64,000 bases of DNA from an uncultured Christensenellaceae bacterium. Lineage in GTDB: Bacteria; Bacillota; Clostridia; Christensenellales; Borkfalkiaceae. The position numbers and the translations under genes are program-made. Under the pieces are notes generated by a model that searched no databases, had not been told where the DNA came from, and saw nothing but the letters and a program-made list of their open reading frames with translations. The stretch spans positions 34,732 to 98,731 of the forward strand of contig CAJUNJ010000006.1 of assembly GCA_910587825.1 (NCBI GenBank), given 5' to 3'. Below, piece after piece: positions 1-7,503 of the stretch. Numbering within the stretch: position 1 is the first letter of the stretch; each line of letters opens with the position of its first letter.

Positions 1-2910
1 TTTTGGGAAATAGATACATCCGCAAACAAAGTAACCGTAAGAGACAATGAACGCAACGAAGAACAATATTCAACCGACGGCGTAAAATACGTAAGCGAAT
101 ATATTGCCGTTCAGAACGGTTTCGTCACGTCGGCGGAAAAGTACGAATATATTCCGAGGGAAAGCAAAACAGTGACTAAGGCAAAACGTTCTTCGCTGTA
201 TAAAGATTTGTCGGAATTTGTGTTTGCCGACGGAGAAATAAACAAAACCGTTTTAAACAAATTCAGTCAGCCGATAAGCGAAACGACCCGGAATATGCCC
301 GTGTCAGACGGAGTATATGCCGATGTAACCAAGACATACTCATATAACGCGGAACGCAGACTTACGAAAGACGTCACGACGGTAACTTACAAATTCGCAA
401 CTCCCAAAACTTACGTATTAAACAATACTTACGAGTATAACGAATACGGTTTACCGCAAAAGAAAACAAGTTGGGTTACGGGTGAAGAAGCAACCGAAGG
501 CAAGACCGTCGAGGAGTACGTCTACGATAATTACGGCAGACAGACCGAAAGCAAAGTGCATAATACTCTGGACGGCAAAATCTTCTCTTCGGGAGAAAAA
601 GTTTACGATATTTTCGGCAGAGTCATAACGGAGTTTAAACCTGCGGAAACGGTCAGACCCAAATATGAATACGAATATGACGGCACTACTGACAGACTGT
701 CTTCTGTAACTGCGCCCAACGGTTGCGTTATTAATTATACATACGATTTGCAGGACAGGCTTATAAAAATAACCGCAACGGACGGCGAAGAAAACGGCAA
801 TGAAATTTTGTACGATTCGGGTGAAATAACTCAGCTTAAAAGCAAGACCAATACAATAAATTATACCTACGACGGAAGCCGCCGGGTAAGCGGAATAAGC
901 GTGGACGGGGTACTGCACCAAAGCTACGTATACGACACCCACGGCGCGGACGGAAAAGTAAAAAGCCTTGCAAGCATAACGGTTACCAATGCCAAAAACG
1001 AAAGCTTCAAAGCCGAAGAAAATTTTCAGACGGATACCACCACGGCATACTTAAACGGCGGCAAACAGCTTGAAGCCGTATACCGCGCAGACGGCAACGT
1101 CAGCAAAATAAACGACTGCTTAACGGGCGAAGTTTCAACGTTTACATATGACGGAAGCGGGCGGCTTACCAATTACTTGACTGTTAAAGACAACAGTCCC
1201 AAGTATGCGGAAAGCATTACATACGACGGCTACGGTGAAGTGACGAAGATATTCCAAAACGACGATTTCAGCGGACTTATGCGCGCGACACGTGGAATGA
1301 CGTACGATTATACATACGCGGACGGATACGCGCACAGGTTAAAAAGCATAAGCATAAGCGGAGTAGGCACTATATCGCCCGACTATGACAAAACGGACAG
1401 GCATAAGGGCAGGCAGGTAAATTCCGCAAGCGGAAGAAGACTGTTAACCGAAGCAATAAAATACGAAGACGGAGATATATACGCGAAGACGCAGCCTTAT
1501 GAAATAGAATATACGTTTGCGGGCGGAAGTAAGGAGAAGATAAGTTATTCATACGATAAAACGGGCAATATAACAGAAATAATCTATCCGGACGGTAAAG
1601 GCGTAAACTATAAGTACGACAAACTTAACAGGTTAATCCGCGAAGACAACAAGGCGTTGTACAAAACCTATCTGTACAGCTACGACGCAAACGGAAATAT
1701 GCTAAGGAAGGAAGAGGCGATATATACCAAACCCGATTATCCCATAACCGCGCCGAATACGTTAAAGACCGAATACAAGTATGAAAACGGTAAGCTTAAA
1801 CAGGTAGGCGAAGAAGCGTGTATGTATGACGCGGTAGGCAACCCCTTACAGCACAGAATGCGAATGGGCTGGACGGGCAGGAAGTTAACGTCGTGTATGG
1901 GCAGAAGAATAAACGTAATTTTCGAATACGACGGCAGGGGCAGGCGAATAAGAAAGGGAATGACCGAGTATAAGTACGACTCGCAGGACAGGCTGATATC
2001 GTCAAGCGACGGAATGAAATATTTCTATGACGAAGTTGGCGTTGCGGGCTTTATCTACGACGGCGCAACTTATTACTACGTGCGGGACGTACAGAAAAAC
2101 GTAATAGCCATACTTGACAGTAGCGGTGTAAAGGTGGTAGAATACAGTTACGATGCTTGGGGTAACCAGCAGGTAAGCGGAAGCAACACAACGCTTGGCA
2201 ACCTCAACCCATTCAGATACAGAAGTTATTTCTACGATACCGAAACAGAGCTGTACTATTTAAACACAAGATATTACGACCCGATATATTGCAGGTTTAT
2301 AAATATGGACAGCTTCGACTACGCCGACCCCGAACAGCTTAACGGTTTAAACCTTTACGCCTACTGCGCCAACAACCCTGTAATGGGCTACGATCCCGAC
2401 GGAACGTTTGTTATATCGATAGGTATAGTTACGGCATTGGGAATCTTAGCTGCCGGAAGCGCATTATTAGCTTGGATAGAACATACTTTTCATCCGATAC
2501 AAAATGCTTTAAACGATTTGGGTGACGCTATCGGCGATTTGTTTAATGATTTATCGTCTAACATTTCGGGTGGGAATGATTTTTCAACTTTAACATCAAA
2601 TAATGCTATATATTTTGAAACTATTATTTTTGATTATAGTATTCTATATAGATATGGTAAATCGAAATATAAGCCTAAGAGACCGGGGGTTAGAGTTAAA
2701 GGGAAATCTAAGAAAGACGCTGAAGAAAAAGCAAGACGACGTGGCGGTGGTAAGAAGCCGAGATTTCACAAACGTAGATATAATGAAAAATTAGGTAAAT
2801 GGATAGGTCCACATTTTCATCCGGGTGTTCCTAATGGTCATCCATATTATCACGATCATTACTTTTATTTAATTTTTCTATTATTTTATATGAATGATTA
2901 CGAGGAGTAA
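1..2910 (+). CDS. RHS/YD-repeat polymorphic toxin (5' end lies upstream of the window) with variable C-terminal toxin tip
   Basis: Frame 1 is open from base 1, with no stop before the GTG at 172, so the gene enters from upstream. It has many YD repeats (YEYDGTTDRL, YTYDLQDRL, YTYDGSRRV, FTYDGSGRL, YSYDKTGNI, YKYDKLNRL, YSYDANGNM, FEYDGRGRR, YKYDSQDRL, YSYDAWGNQ). These are followed by the RHS core end RYYDPIYCRFINMDSFDY...NPVMGYDPDGT, a hydrophobic segment and a ~110-aa Lys/Arg/His-rich tip. Confidence 0.9.
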   Translation, partial: FWEIDTSANKVTVRDNERNEEQYSTDGVKYVSEYIAVQNGFVTSAEKYEYIPRESKTVTKAKRSSLYKDLSEFVFADGEINKTVLNKFSQPISETTRNMPVSDGVYADVTKTYSYNAERRLTKDVTTVTYKFATPKTYVLNNTYEYNEYGLPQKKTSWVTGEEATEGKTVEEYVYDNYGRQTESKVHNTLDGKIFSSGEKVYDIFGRVITEFKPAETVRPKYEYEYDGTTDRLSSVTAPNGCVINYTYDLQDRLIKITATDGEENGNEILYDSGEITQLKSKTNTINYTYDGSRRVSGISVDGVLHQSYVYDTHGADGKVKSLASITVTNAKNESFKAEENFQTDTTTAYLNGGKQLEAVYRADGNVSKINDCLTGEVSTFTYDGSGRLTNYLTVKDNSPKYAESITYDGYGEVTKIFQNDDFSGLMRATRGMTYDYTYADGYAHRLKSISISGVGTISPDYDKTDRHKGRQVNSASGRRLLTEAIKYEDGDIYAKTQPYEIEYTFAGGSKEKISYSYDKTGNITEIIYPDGKGVNYKYDKLNRLIREDNKALYKTYLYSYDANGNMLRKEEAIYTKPDYPITAPNTLKTEYKYENGKLKQVGEEACMYDAVGNPLQHRMRMGWTGRKLTSCMGRRINVIFEYDGRGRRIRKGMTEYKYDSQDRLISSSDGMKYFYDEVGVAGFIYDGATYYYVRDVQKNVIAILDSSGVKVVEYSYDAWGNQQVSGSNTTLGNLNPFRYRSYFYDTETELYYLNTRYYDPIYCRFINMDSFDYADPEQLNGLNLYAYCANNPVMGYDPDGTFVISIGIVTALGILAAGSALLAWIEHTFHPIQNALNDLGDAIGDLFNDLSSNISGGNDFSTLTSNNAIYFETIIFDYSILYRYGKSKYKPKRPGVRVKGKSKKDAEEKARRRGGGKKPRFHKRRYNEKLGKWIGPHFHPGVPNGHPYYHDHYFYLIFLLFYMNDYEE

Positions 2911-2926
2911 AAAATAAGAAAATTAT

Positions 2927-3325
2927 ATGGACAGAAAAATCGAAGAAATATTTGTCAAAAATTTTATTGTTAAAGACAAGAGGGAACGTACTCTGTTCGA
3001 GTTGTCTTCGGATAAAAAAAGGGATAGCATAATACACCGCATTTTCGGTTTGCTTGATGATAAATACAAAGTTTTTTGCGAATACAAAATCAACTACGAA
3101 GAATTTTTATCGATCATAAAAAAATATGCCGACGTAAAAAAAAATTGTTACGTTATTGCTGACAGCGCCGACGACGGGCAGATATTGCGGTTAGATAAGG
3201 CTTATAATAATATGATGTTTGAATCGGGTGATTATTTTATTTTTTATCAGGATAACATTGTTATAGCTAAAGAGGAAGTGATTTTCGGTTCGCCTTATAA
3301 AAAAATACTTGTAAAGAACGTTTAA
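2927..3325 (+). CDS. putative cognate immunity protein for the RHS toxin tip (no family recognised)
   Basis: A 132-aa ORF starts 17 nt after the rhs stop on the same strand. It is AT-rich like the toxin tip and is followed by a hairpin. This is the canonical rhsI position. Confidence 0.5.
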   Translation: MDRKIEEIFVKNFIVKDKRERTLFELSSDKKRDSIIHRIFGLLDDKYKVFCEYKINYEEFLSIIKKYADVKKNCYVIADSADDGQILRLDKAYNNMMFESGDYFIFYQDNIVIAKEEVIFGSPYKKILVKNV

Positions 3326-3365
3326 TGCTTTTTATATAATGATAGTACAAATCCATATAACCAAA

Positions 3366-3395
3366 GAACGGGTTCGGCATAACGCCGAATCCGTT
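3366..3395 (+). terminator. hairpin after immunity gene 1
   Basis: GAACGGGTTCGGC-ataa-CGCCGAATCCGTT. The same hairpin family recurs at 4747, 6540 and 7350. Confidence 0.5.
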
Positions 3396-3430
3396 ATTAC
3401 TTAGCGTAGAAATCGTATTTTGAAGCCCCA
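3396..3430 (+). repeat. 35-nt orphan-cassette leader, copy 1
   Basis: ATTACTTAGCGTAGAAATCGTATTTTGAAGCCCCA lies directly 5' of the restarted rhs core. It recurs at 4774 and 6567 but is absent from the full-length gene. Confidence 0.8.
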
Positions 3431-4190
3431 CTTGACAGTAGCGGAGCAAAGGTGGTAGAATACAGTTACGACGCTTGGGGGTAACCAGCAGGTAAGCGGA
3501 AGCAACACAACGCTTGGCAACCTCAACCCATTCAGATACAGAAGTTATTTCTACGATACCGAAACAGAGCTGTACTATTTAAACACAAGATATTACGACC
3601 CGATATATTGCAGGTTTATAAATATGGACAGCTTCGACTACGCCGACCCCGAACAGCTTAACGGTTTAAACCTTTACGCCTACTGCGCCAACAACCCTGT
3701 AATGGGCTACGATCCCGACGGAACGTTTGTTATATCGATAGGTATAGTTACGGCATTGGGAATCTTAGCTGCCGGAAGCGCATTATTAGCTTGGATAGAA
3801 CATACTTTTCATCCGATACAAAATGCTTTAAACGATTTGGGTGACGCTATCGGCGATTTGTTTAATGATTTATCGTCTAACATTTCGGGTGGTGATAACT
3901 TTACATACACGGAATTTAACGGCATTGAAGCTATAAATGGTATAAGAGCTGAAGAATTTTTAGCTAACTTAGCTTTAACCTTTGAGGTAAGCAATATTCT
4001 TTTATATGCAGAGCATACAAAAGAAACACCGTGTTTAAAAGATAAGCATCAAAAAGGTCAAAGGCGTAAAGGAAAAGACAAATCAGGCGGAGAAAAAGGA
4101 GATAGAAATAGACCTTACAGAAGGGGAGGGAAACATACAAAACGTCATTTCATTTCTTTTTGTTTAGGTTTGTTTAATATAATATTTTAA
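3431..4190 (+). pseudogene. orphan rhs C-terminal cassette 1 (core fragment + alternative toxin tip), promoterless and frame-broken
   Basis: 3431-3892 matches 2113-2573 of the full-length gene almost base for base. One extra G in a G-run (TGGGGGTAA versus TGGGGTAAC) creates a TAA stop. The DPDGT boundary and hydrophobic segment are retained, and a different ~100-aa basic tip begins after ...NISGG. The ORF track only picks up the internal Met at 3624. Confidence 0.8.
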
Positions 4191-4200
4191 AGAGGTAGTT

Positions 4201-4728
4201 ATGAAAAATTATTTACAGGAGATTAAAGATAAAAATATTCTGTGCGAGATTTATAATGATAAGTCCGATTCGTCAAAGTTTTTTTTAGGCTATATTATAG
4301 CTTACGACGAAAGAGTAATGATAGTAGAGAATATTTCGTCAAACGGAGTTCACGACGGATATTATTGTTTGCCTTTGGAAAGTATTTTCCGTATTTGTTG
4401 GGATACTGTATATATTAGAAATTTTGTAAAATTGTTAGCAGGAAAAGATTTTAAACGCGGAAATTTAAAACTTGACGTTAAAAATTTGTTAAGCGGTTTT
4501 TTGGCTCAAATAAAATCGAGCAAAATTTTATGTAATGTGGAATTGTACAACGATGAATTGAGCGAACTAACGGGATATTTGGAAGATGCAGACGAAGTGA
4601 ATTTGTTAGTAAATTTAATTAATACTGACGGCCTTTCGGACGGCAAGGCATTGATAAGGCTTGAAGATATATCGTGTGTGTCCATAGATACGGAGTATCT
4701 TAAAAAAATCAAAGCATTCTGTTCATAA
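4201..4728 (+). CDS. putative immunity protein of orphan cassette 1 (internally duplicated, ~2 x 80 aa)
   Basis: The 175-aa ORF starts 10 nt after the orphan tip stop, behind the RBS AGAGGT. Its two halves are similar (ILCEIYNDK...ESIFRICWDTVYI and ILCNVELYNDE...EDISCVSIDTEYL). Confidence 0.5.
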   Translation: MKNYLQEIKDKNILCEIYNDKSDSSKFFLGYIIAYDERVMIVENISSNGVHDGYYCLPLESIFRICWDTVYIRNFVKLLAGKDFKRGNLKLDVKNLLSGFLAQIKSSKILCNVELYNDELSELTGYLEDADEVNLLVNLINTDGLSDGKALIRLEDISCVSIDTEYLKKIKAFCS

Positions 4729-4746
4729 TTTGTAACTTTAACGGAG

Positions 4747-4771
4747 CGGGTTCGGCTTTATGCCGAACCCG
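4747..4771 (+). terminator. hairpin after immunity gene 2
   Basis: CGGGTTCGGC-tttat-GCCGAACCCG. Confidence 0.5.
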
Positions 4772-4773
4772 TT

Positions 4774-4808
4774 ATTACTTAGCGTATAAATCGTATTTTG
4801 AAGCCCCA
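4774..4808 (+). repeat. 35-nt orphan-cassette leader, copy 2
   Basis: ATTACTTAGCGTATAAATCGTATTTTGAAGCCCCA differs from copy 1 at one position. Confidence 0.8.
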
Positions 4809-5094
4809 CTTGACAGTAGCGGAGCAAAGGTGGTAGAATACAGATACGACGCATGGGGCAACCGGCAGGTAAGCGGAAGCAACACAACGCTTGGCAACCT
4901 TAACCCGTTCAGATACAGAAGTTATTTCTACGACACCGAAACAGAGCTGTACTATTATTGGTGGTTTTGGAGGCGGAATGTTTTTCGATGATACAATCAA
5001 TGGTAATTTAGGTAATGGTAATTATTTGGGTGAAAGAATAAAAAATAATATATTTGGTGATTTTTTATCAAGGTTAGTTGGACTGTTTAGTTAA
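4809..5094 (+). pseudogene. orphan rhs cassette 2: ~150-nt core fragment joined out of frame to a short Gly-rich tip
   Basis: The core frame reads LDSSGAKVVEYRYDAWGNRQ...NPFRYRSYFYDTETELYY and then stops after 13 more codons. The tip (IIGGFGGGMFFDDTINGNLGNGNYLGERIK..., ORF 4891-5094) is in another frame. There is no DPxG boundary motif. Confidence 0.7.
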
Positions 5095-5109
5095 CTAATA
5101 GGTGAATAA

Positions 5110-5622
5110 ATGTTGGATAAAGCTGATAAATTTTTGGAAGCTGTACTACAAAACGAAGGAACTTTTGTTAAAGGCTTCCCGATAAAAAGCATATATATAG
5201 TTTTATATTTTTCGGTTTGTGCTTTGGGTATTTTGGCGGTGCTGGGCGGATTTTTATATGAAATGCTATGCAACAACGAAATTTTATACGGTTTTCTATT
5301 CGGTATGACTGCAATGTTTTTATGCTTTACCGTTCCTGCTTTCATATTGCTTTATTTTAATTATGGCATATCAAGACAAAAACGCGCAATACTTTCCGAT
5401 GGAAATTCATTTGAAGTTAGTGTAATTCCTTATAAGGTTTATACTGATATAAAAAAGGGTAAAAATTCGGGATTTAAACTTGAAATTAAGTTTGAATGTT
5501 GCGGAAAAGAAGTTGTAATACAAACGGCGGGGCTATTTAAAAAAACAACATTAGTCAAGCCGAACGAGGAAATTCGCATAGTTTATTCGCCAAAGTATAA
5601 TGACGCTTTAATTAAAAGATAA
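5110..5622 (+). CDS. membrane protein, putative immunity for cassette 2
   Basis: The 170-aa protein has about three hydrophobic helices in its N-terminal half (YIVLYFSVCALGILAVLGGFL, LYGFLFGMTAMFLCFTVPAFILLYF). It lies immediately after the orphan tip. Confidence 0.5.
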   Translation: MLDKADKFLEAVLQNEGTFVKGFPIKSIYIVLYFSVCALGILAVLGGFLYEMLCNNEILYGFLFGMTAMFLCFTVPAFILLYFNYGISRQKRAILSDGNSFEVSVIPYKVYTDIKKGKNSGFKLEIKFECCGKEVVIQTAGLFKKTTLVKPNEEIRIVYSPKYNDALIKR

Positions 5623-5630
5623 AACAATTT

Positions 5631-5660
5631 AAGAGTTCGGGCAGGTTGCCCGAACTCTTA
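5631..5660 (+). terminator. hairpin after immunity gene 3
   Basis: AAGAGTTCGGGC-aggt-TGCCCGAACTCTT. Confidence 0.5.
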
Positions 5661-5672
5661 AAATTTACCTCA

Positions 5673-6101
5673 CTTGACAGTAGCGGTGTAAAGGTGGTAG
5701 AATACAGTTACGCCGCCTGGGGTAACCGGCAGTTAAGCGGAAGCAATACAACGCTGGGCAACCTCAACCCGTTCAGATACAGAAGTTATTTCTACGATAC
5801 CTAAAGTAATGGGCTACGACCCCGAGCTTCGTTGTCCAATATCGGTAATATTTATTTAAGCCGTGAAAGAAATCGTGGGCGGGACACTGGTTTAATGGGG
5901 TTAAGCGATAAGCAATTGGAAGATGAGCTAAATGATGCAAAACGAAAACATGATTCTGAAAGAATACAAAAAATTTTAAAGGAAATGAAAATACGCGGTC
6001 TTAGAAATAAACGGAAGCAACGTGGCGGACCGCATATGAGAGGCTTTTTATTAATTTTATTGGGTATAGGCGCAGGATTATATAATGAGAGTAGAAATTA
6101 A
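5673..6101 (+). pseudogene. orphan rhs cassette 3: core fragment with internal deletion, stop and frameshift, followed by a basic tip
   Basis: The core frame reads LDSSGVKVVEYSYAAWGNRQLSG...RYRSYFYDT then TAA. A remnant of the boundary (VMGYDPE) follows. The tip ORF (5832-6101, Lys/Arg-rich, ending in a hydrophobic stretch) is in a third frame. Confidence 0.7.
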
Positions 6102-6531
6102 GGGATTAAACTCAAACGAAGTTTATTGTTGTAAAAAATCCGACATAAAAGCTGTATTCGGGGACACTGATATAAACGTTTATTTTGGCGTATTGAATAT
6201 CAGAAGAGATGAAAGGTCAAACAGCGTCTTTTACCGCCCCGATAAGAAATGCAAGGACAGGATAATTGCCCAATTCATAGTGCATAAGCGTTATATTAAC
6301 AGAATTGGTACTGAATCCGAGCCGCGTTTAAAATTTTTTATTCTTGAAAAGTCATATTATACGGAAGAATTGCATTTAAAATTTGTGACGGAAGTTTTGC
6401 CGGAGTTGAGGAGATTTTACGAAATACATAAAGATGACGACCCGATTATAAATCACGGCGAGTTTTCCTTGACAATAGGGTTAAAAGACGATAATTTCAA
6501 TTTCTATGAAACATTAGAGGGTAAAACTTAA
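6085..6531 (+). CDS. putative immunity protein for cassette 3
   Basis: The 148-aa ORF overlaps the tip ORF stop by 17 nt (translational coupling geometry). No family was recognised. Confidence 0.45.
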   Translation: MRVEIKGLNSNEVYCCKKSDIKAVFGDTDINVYFGVLNIRRDERSNSVFYRPDKKCKDRIIAQFIVHKRYINRIGTESEPRLKFFILEKSYYTEELHLKFVTEVLPELRRFYEIHKDDDPIINHGEFSLTIGLKDDNFNFYETLEGKT

Positions 6532-6539
6532 CCAAAGAG

Positions 6540-6564
6540 CGGGTTCGGCTTTATGCCGAACCCG
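6540..6564 (+). terminator. hairpin after immunity gene 4
   Basis: CGGGTTCGGC-tttat-GCCGAACCCG is identical to the hairpin at 4747. Confidence 0.5.
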
Positions 6565-6566
6565 TT

Positions 6567-6601
6567 ATTACTTAGCGTAGAAATCGTATTTTGAAGCCCC
6601 A
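6567..6601 (+). repeat. 35-nt orphan-cassette leader, copy 3
   Basis: ATTACTTAGCGTAGAAATCGTATTTTGAAGCCCCA is identical to copy 1. Confidence 0.8.
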
Positions 6602-7061
6602 CTTGACAGTAGCGGTATAAAGGTGGTAGAATACAGTTACGACGCATGGGGTAACCAGCAGGTAAGCGGAAGCAACATAAAGCTGGGCAACCTCAACCCG
6701 TTCAGATACAGAAGTTATAGGCGGAACAGTAGGCGGTGCCGGCGGCGCGGGTATGGCAAGCGGAGCTTATACGGCAGGAGCATTTGCCTTAGCCGGCGGA
6801 GGTTCATCATCGGCAGGCACGGCTATTGCAGGCGCAGGAATCTTTGCTTTAAATATTTTGTTTTCAAAAGGATCTGGTCGTAGAATAGGGCATAACAAAC
6901 ATGAAAATCAAATGTGGGACGAAGCAATGCGATTATTGGATATTCATGATAAAGATTTAATACAAAGACTACATCAGAAAAACAGAAAAATGCCATATGC
7001 TGAAACTTTAAAAGAATTAATTAAAAATTTAAAAGAAATTTTGAGTAAATTAGGTCTATAA
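6602..7061 (+). pseudogene. orphan rhs cassette 4: core fragment joined out of frame to a Gly/Ala-rich hydrophobic segment + basic tip
   Basis: The core frame reads LDSSGIKVVEYSYDAWGNQQVSGSNIKLGNLNPFRYRSY and then runs into an Arg-rich nonsense frame (ORF 6623-6883). The plausible tip (GGTVGGAGGAGMASGAYTAGAFALAGG...RRIGHNKHENQMWDEA..., ORF 6753-7061) is shifted by one base. Confidence 0.7.
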
Positions 7062-7289
7062 ATGAGAAAAGTAAATAAAGGCGAAGAGTATTTAAATAAG
7101 TTTCCTAAATTCAAAAAATGGATAAATGAGTGTGTTTGTTGCCACAGAAAAGGATATAACCCCGATATGCCTGAAAAAATCACCGTGGTTGATGGCTCGT
7201 TAGAAGTTTATTTTTTAAAAAAATATTTTAAACCTTTGCGCTTAAATTCTTATGGGCTTTGTGAAATTTGTGAAAAACTTAAAAATTAA
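7062..7289 (+). CDS. small Cys-rich (zinc-ribbon-like) protein, putative immunity for cassette 4
   Basis: The 75-aa ORF starts at the base after the tip stop (TAAATG). It has CVCC near the N-terminal part and CEIC near the C-terminus. Confidence 0.45.
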   Translation: MRKVNKGEEYLNKFPKFKKWINECVCCHRKGYNPDMPEKITVVDGSLEVYFLKKYFKPLRLNSYGLCEICEKLKN

Positions 7290-7349
7290 TTTTTATTAAT
7301 TCAACGGATAGCAAGTAAAAAACAGAAGCAAATACAATAAACGGAAAAG

Positions 7350-7374
7350 CGGGTTCGGCGATATGCCGAACCCG
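7350..7374 (+). terminator. hairpin closing the rhs array
   Basis: CGGGTTCGGC-gatat-GCCGAACCCG followed by TTTTAC. Confidence 0.55.
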
Positions 7375-7428
7375 TTTTACTGTGTCGGTATGAAAATTAA
7401 ACCATACAAATAATTATTAATTAATATA

Positions 7429-7458
7429 TTGACAATAAAACGTGGTTTGTTATATAAT
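7429..7458 (+). promoter_or_regulatory. sigma-70/SigA-type promoter for the surface-protein gene
   Basis: TTGACA (7429-7434), an 18-nt spacer and TATAAT (7453-7458), about 45 nt upstream of the ATG at 7504. Confidence 0.6.
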
Positions 7459-7503
7459 TAAAGAGTAATTTGGGGAATATTCTTATTTTACAGAGGTAGT
7501 TTT

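Noticed and set aside
3396-6720. Periodic repeats with unique sequence between them looked superficially like a CRISPR-type array.
   Set aside because: The repeat units are 150-460 nt long, derive from the rhs coding sequence and are spaced 0.9-1.4 kb apart by whole genes. They form an orphan rhs cassette array, not a CRISPR array, and no cas genes are present.
6623-6883. The Arg/Cys-rich 86-aa ORF in cassette 4.
   Set aside because: It is the rhs core frame running on into the wrong frame of the tip (RRNSRRCRRRGYGKRSLYGRS...). The Gly/Ala-rich frame starting near 6720 is the meaningful one.
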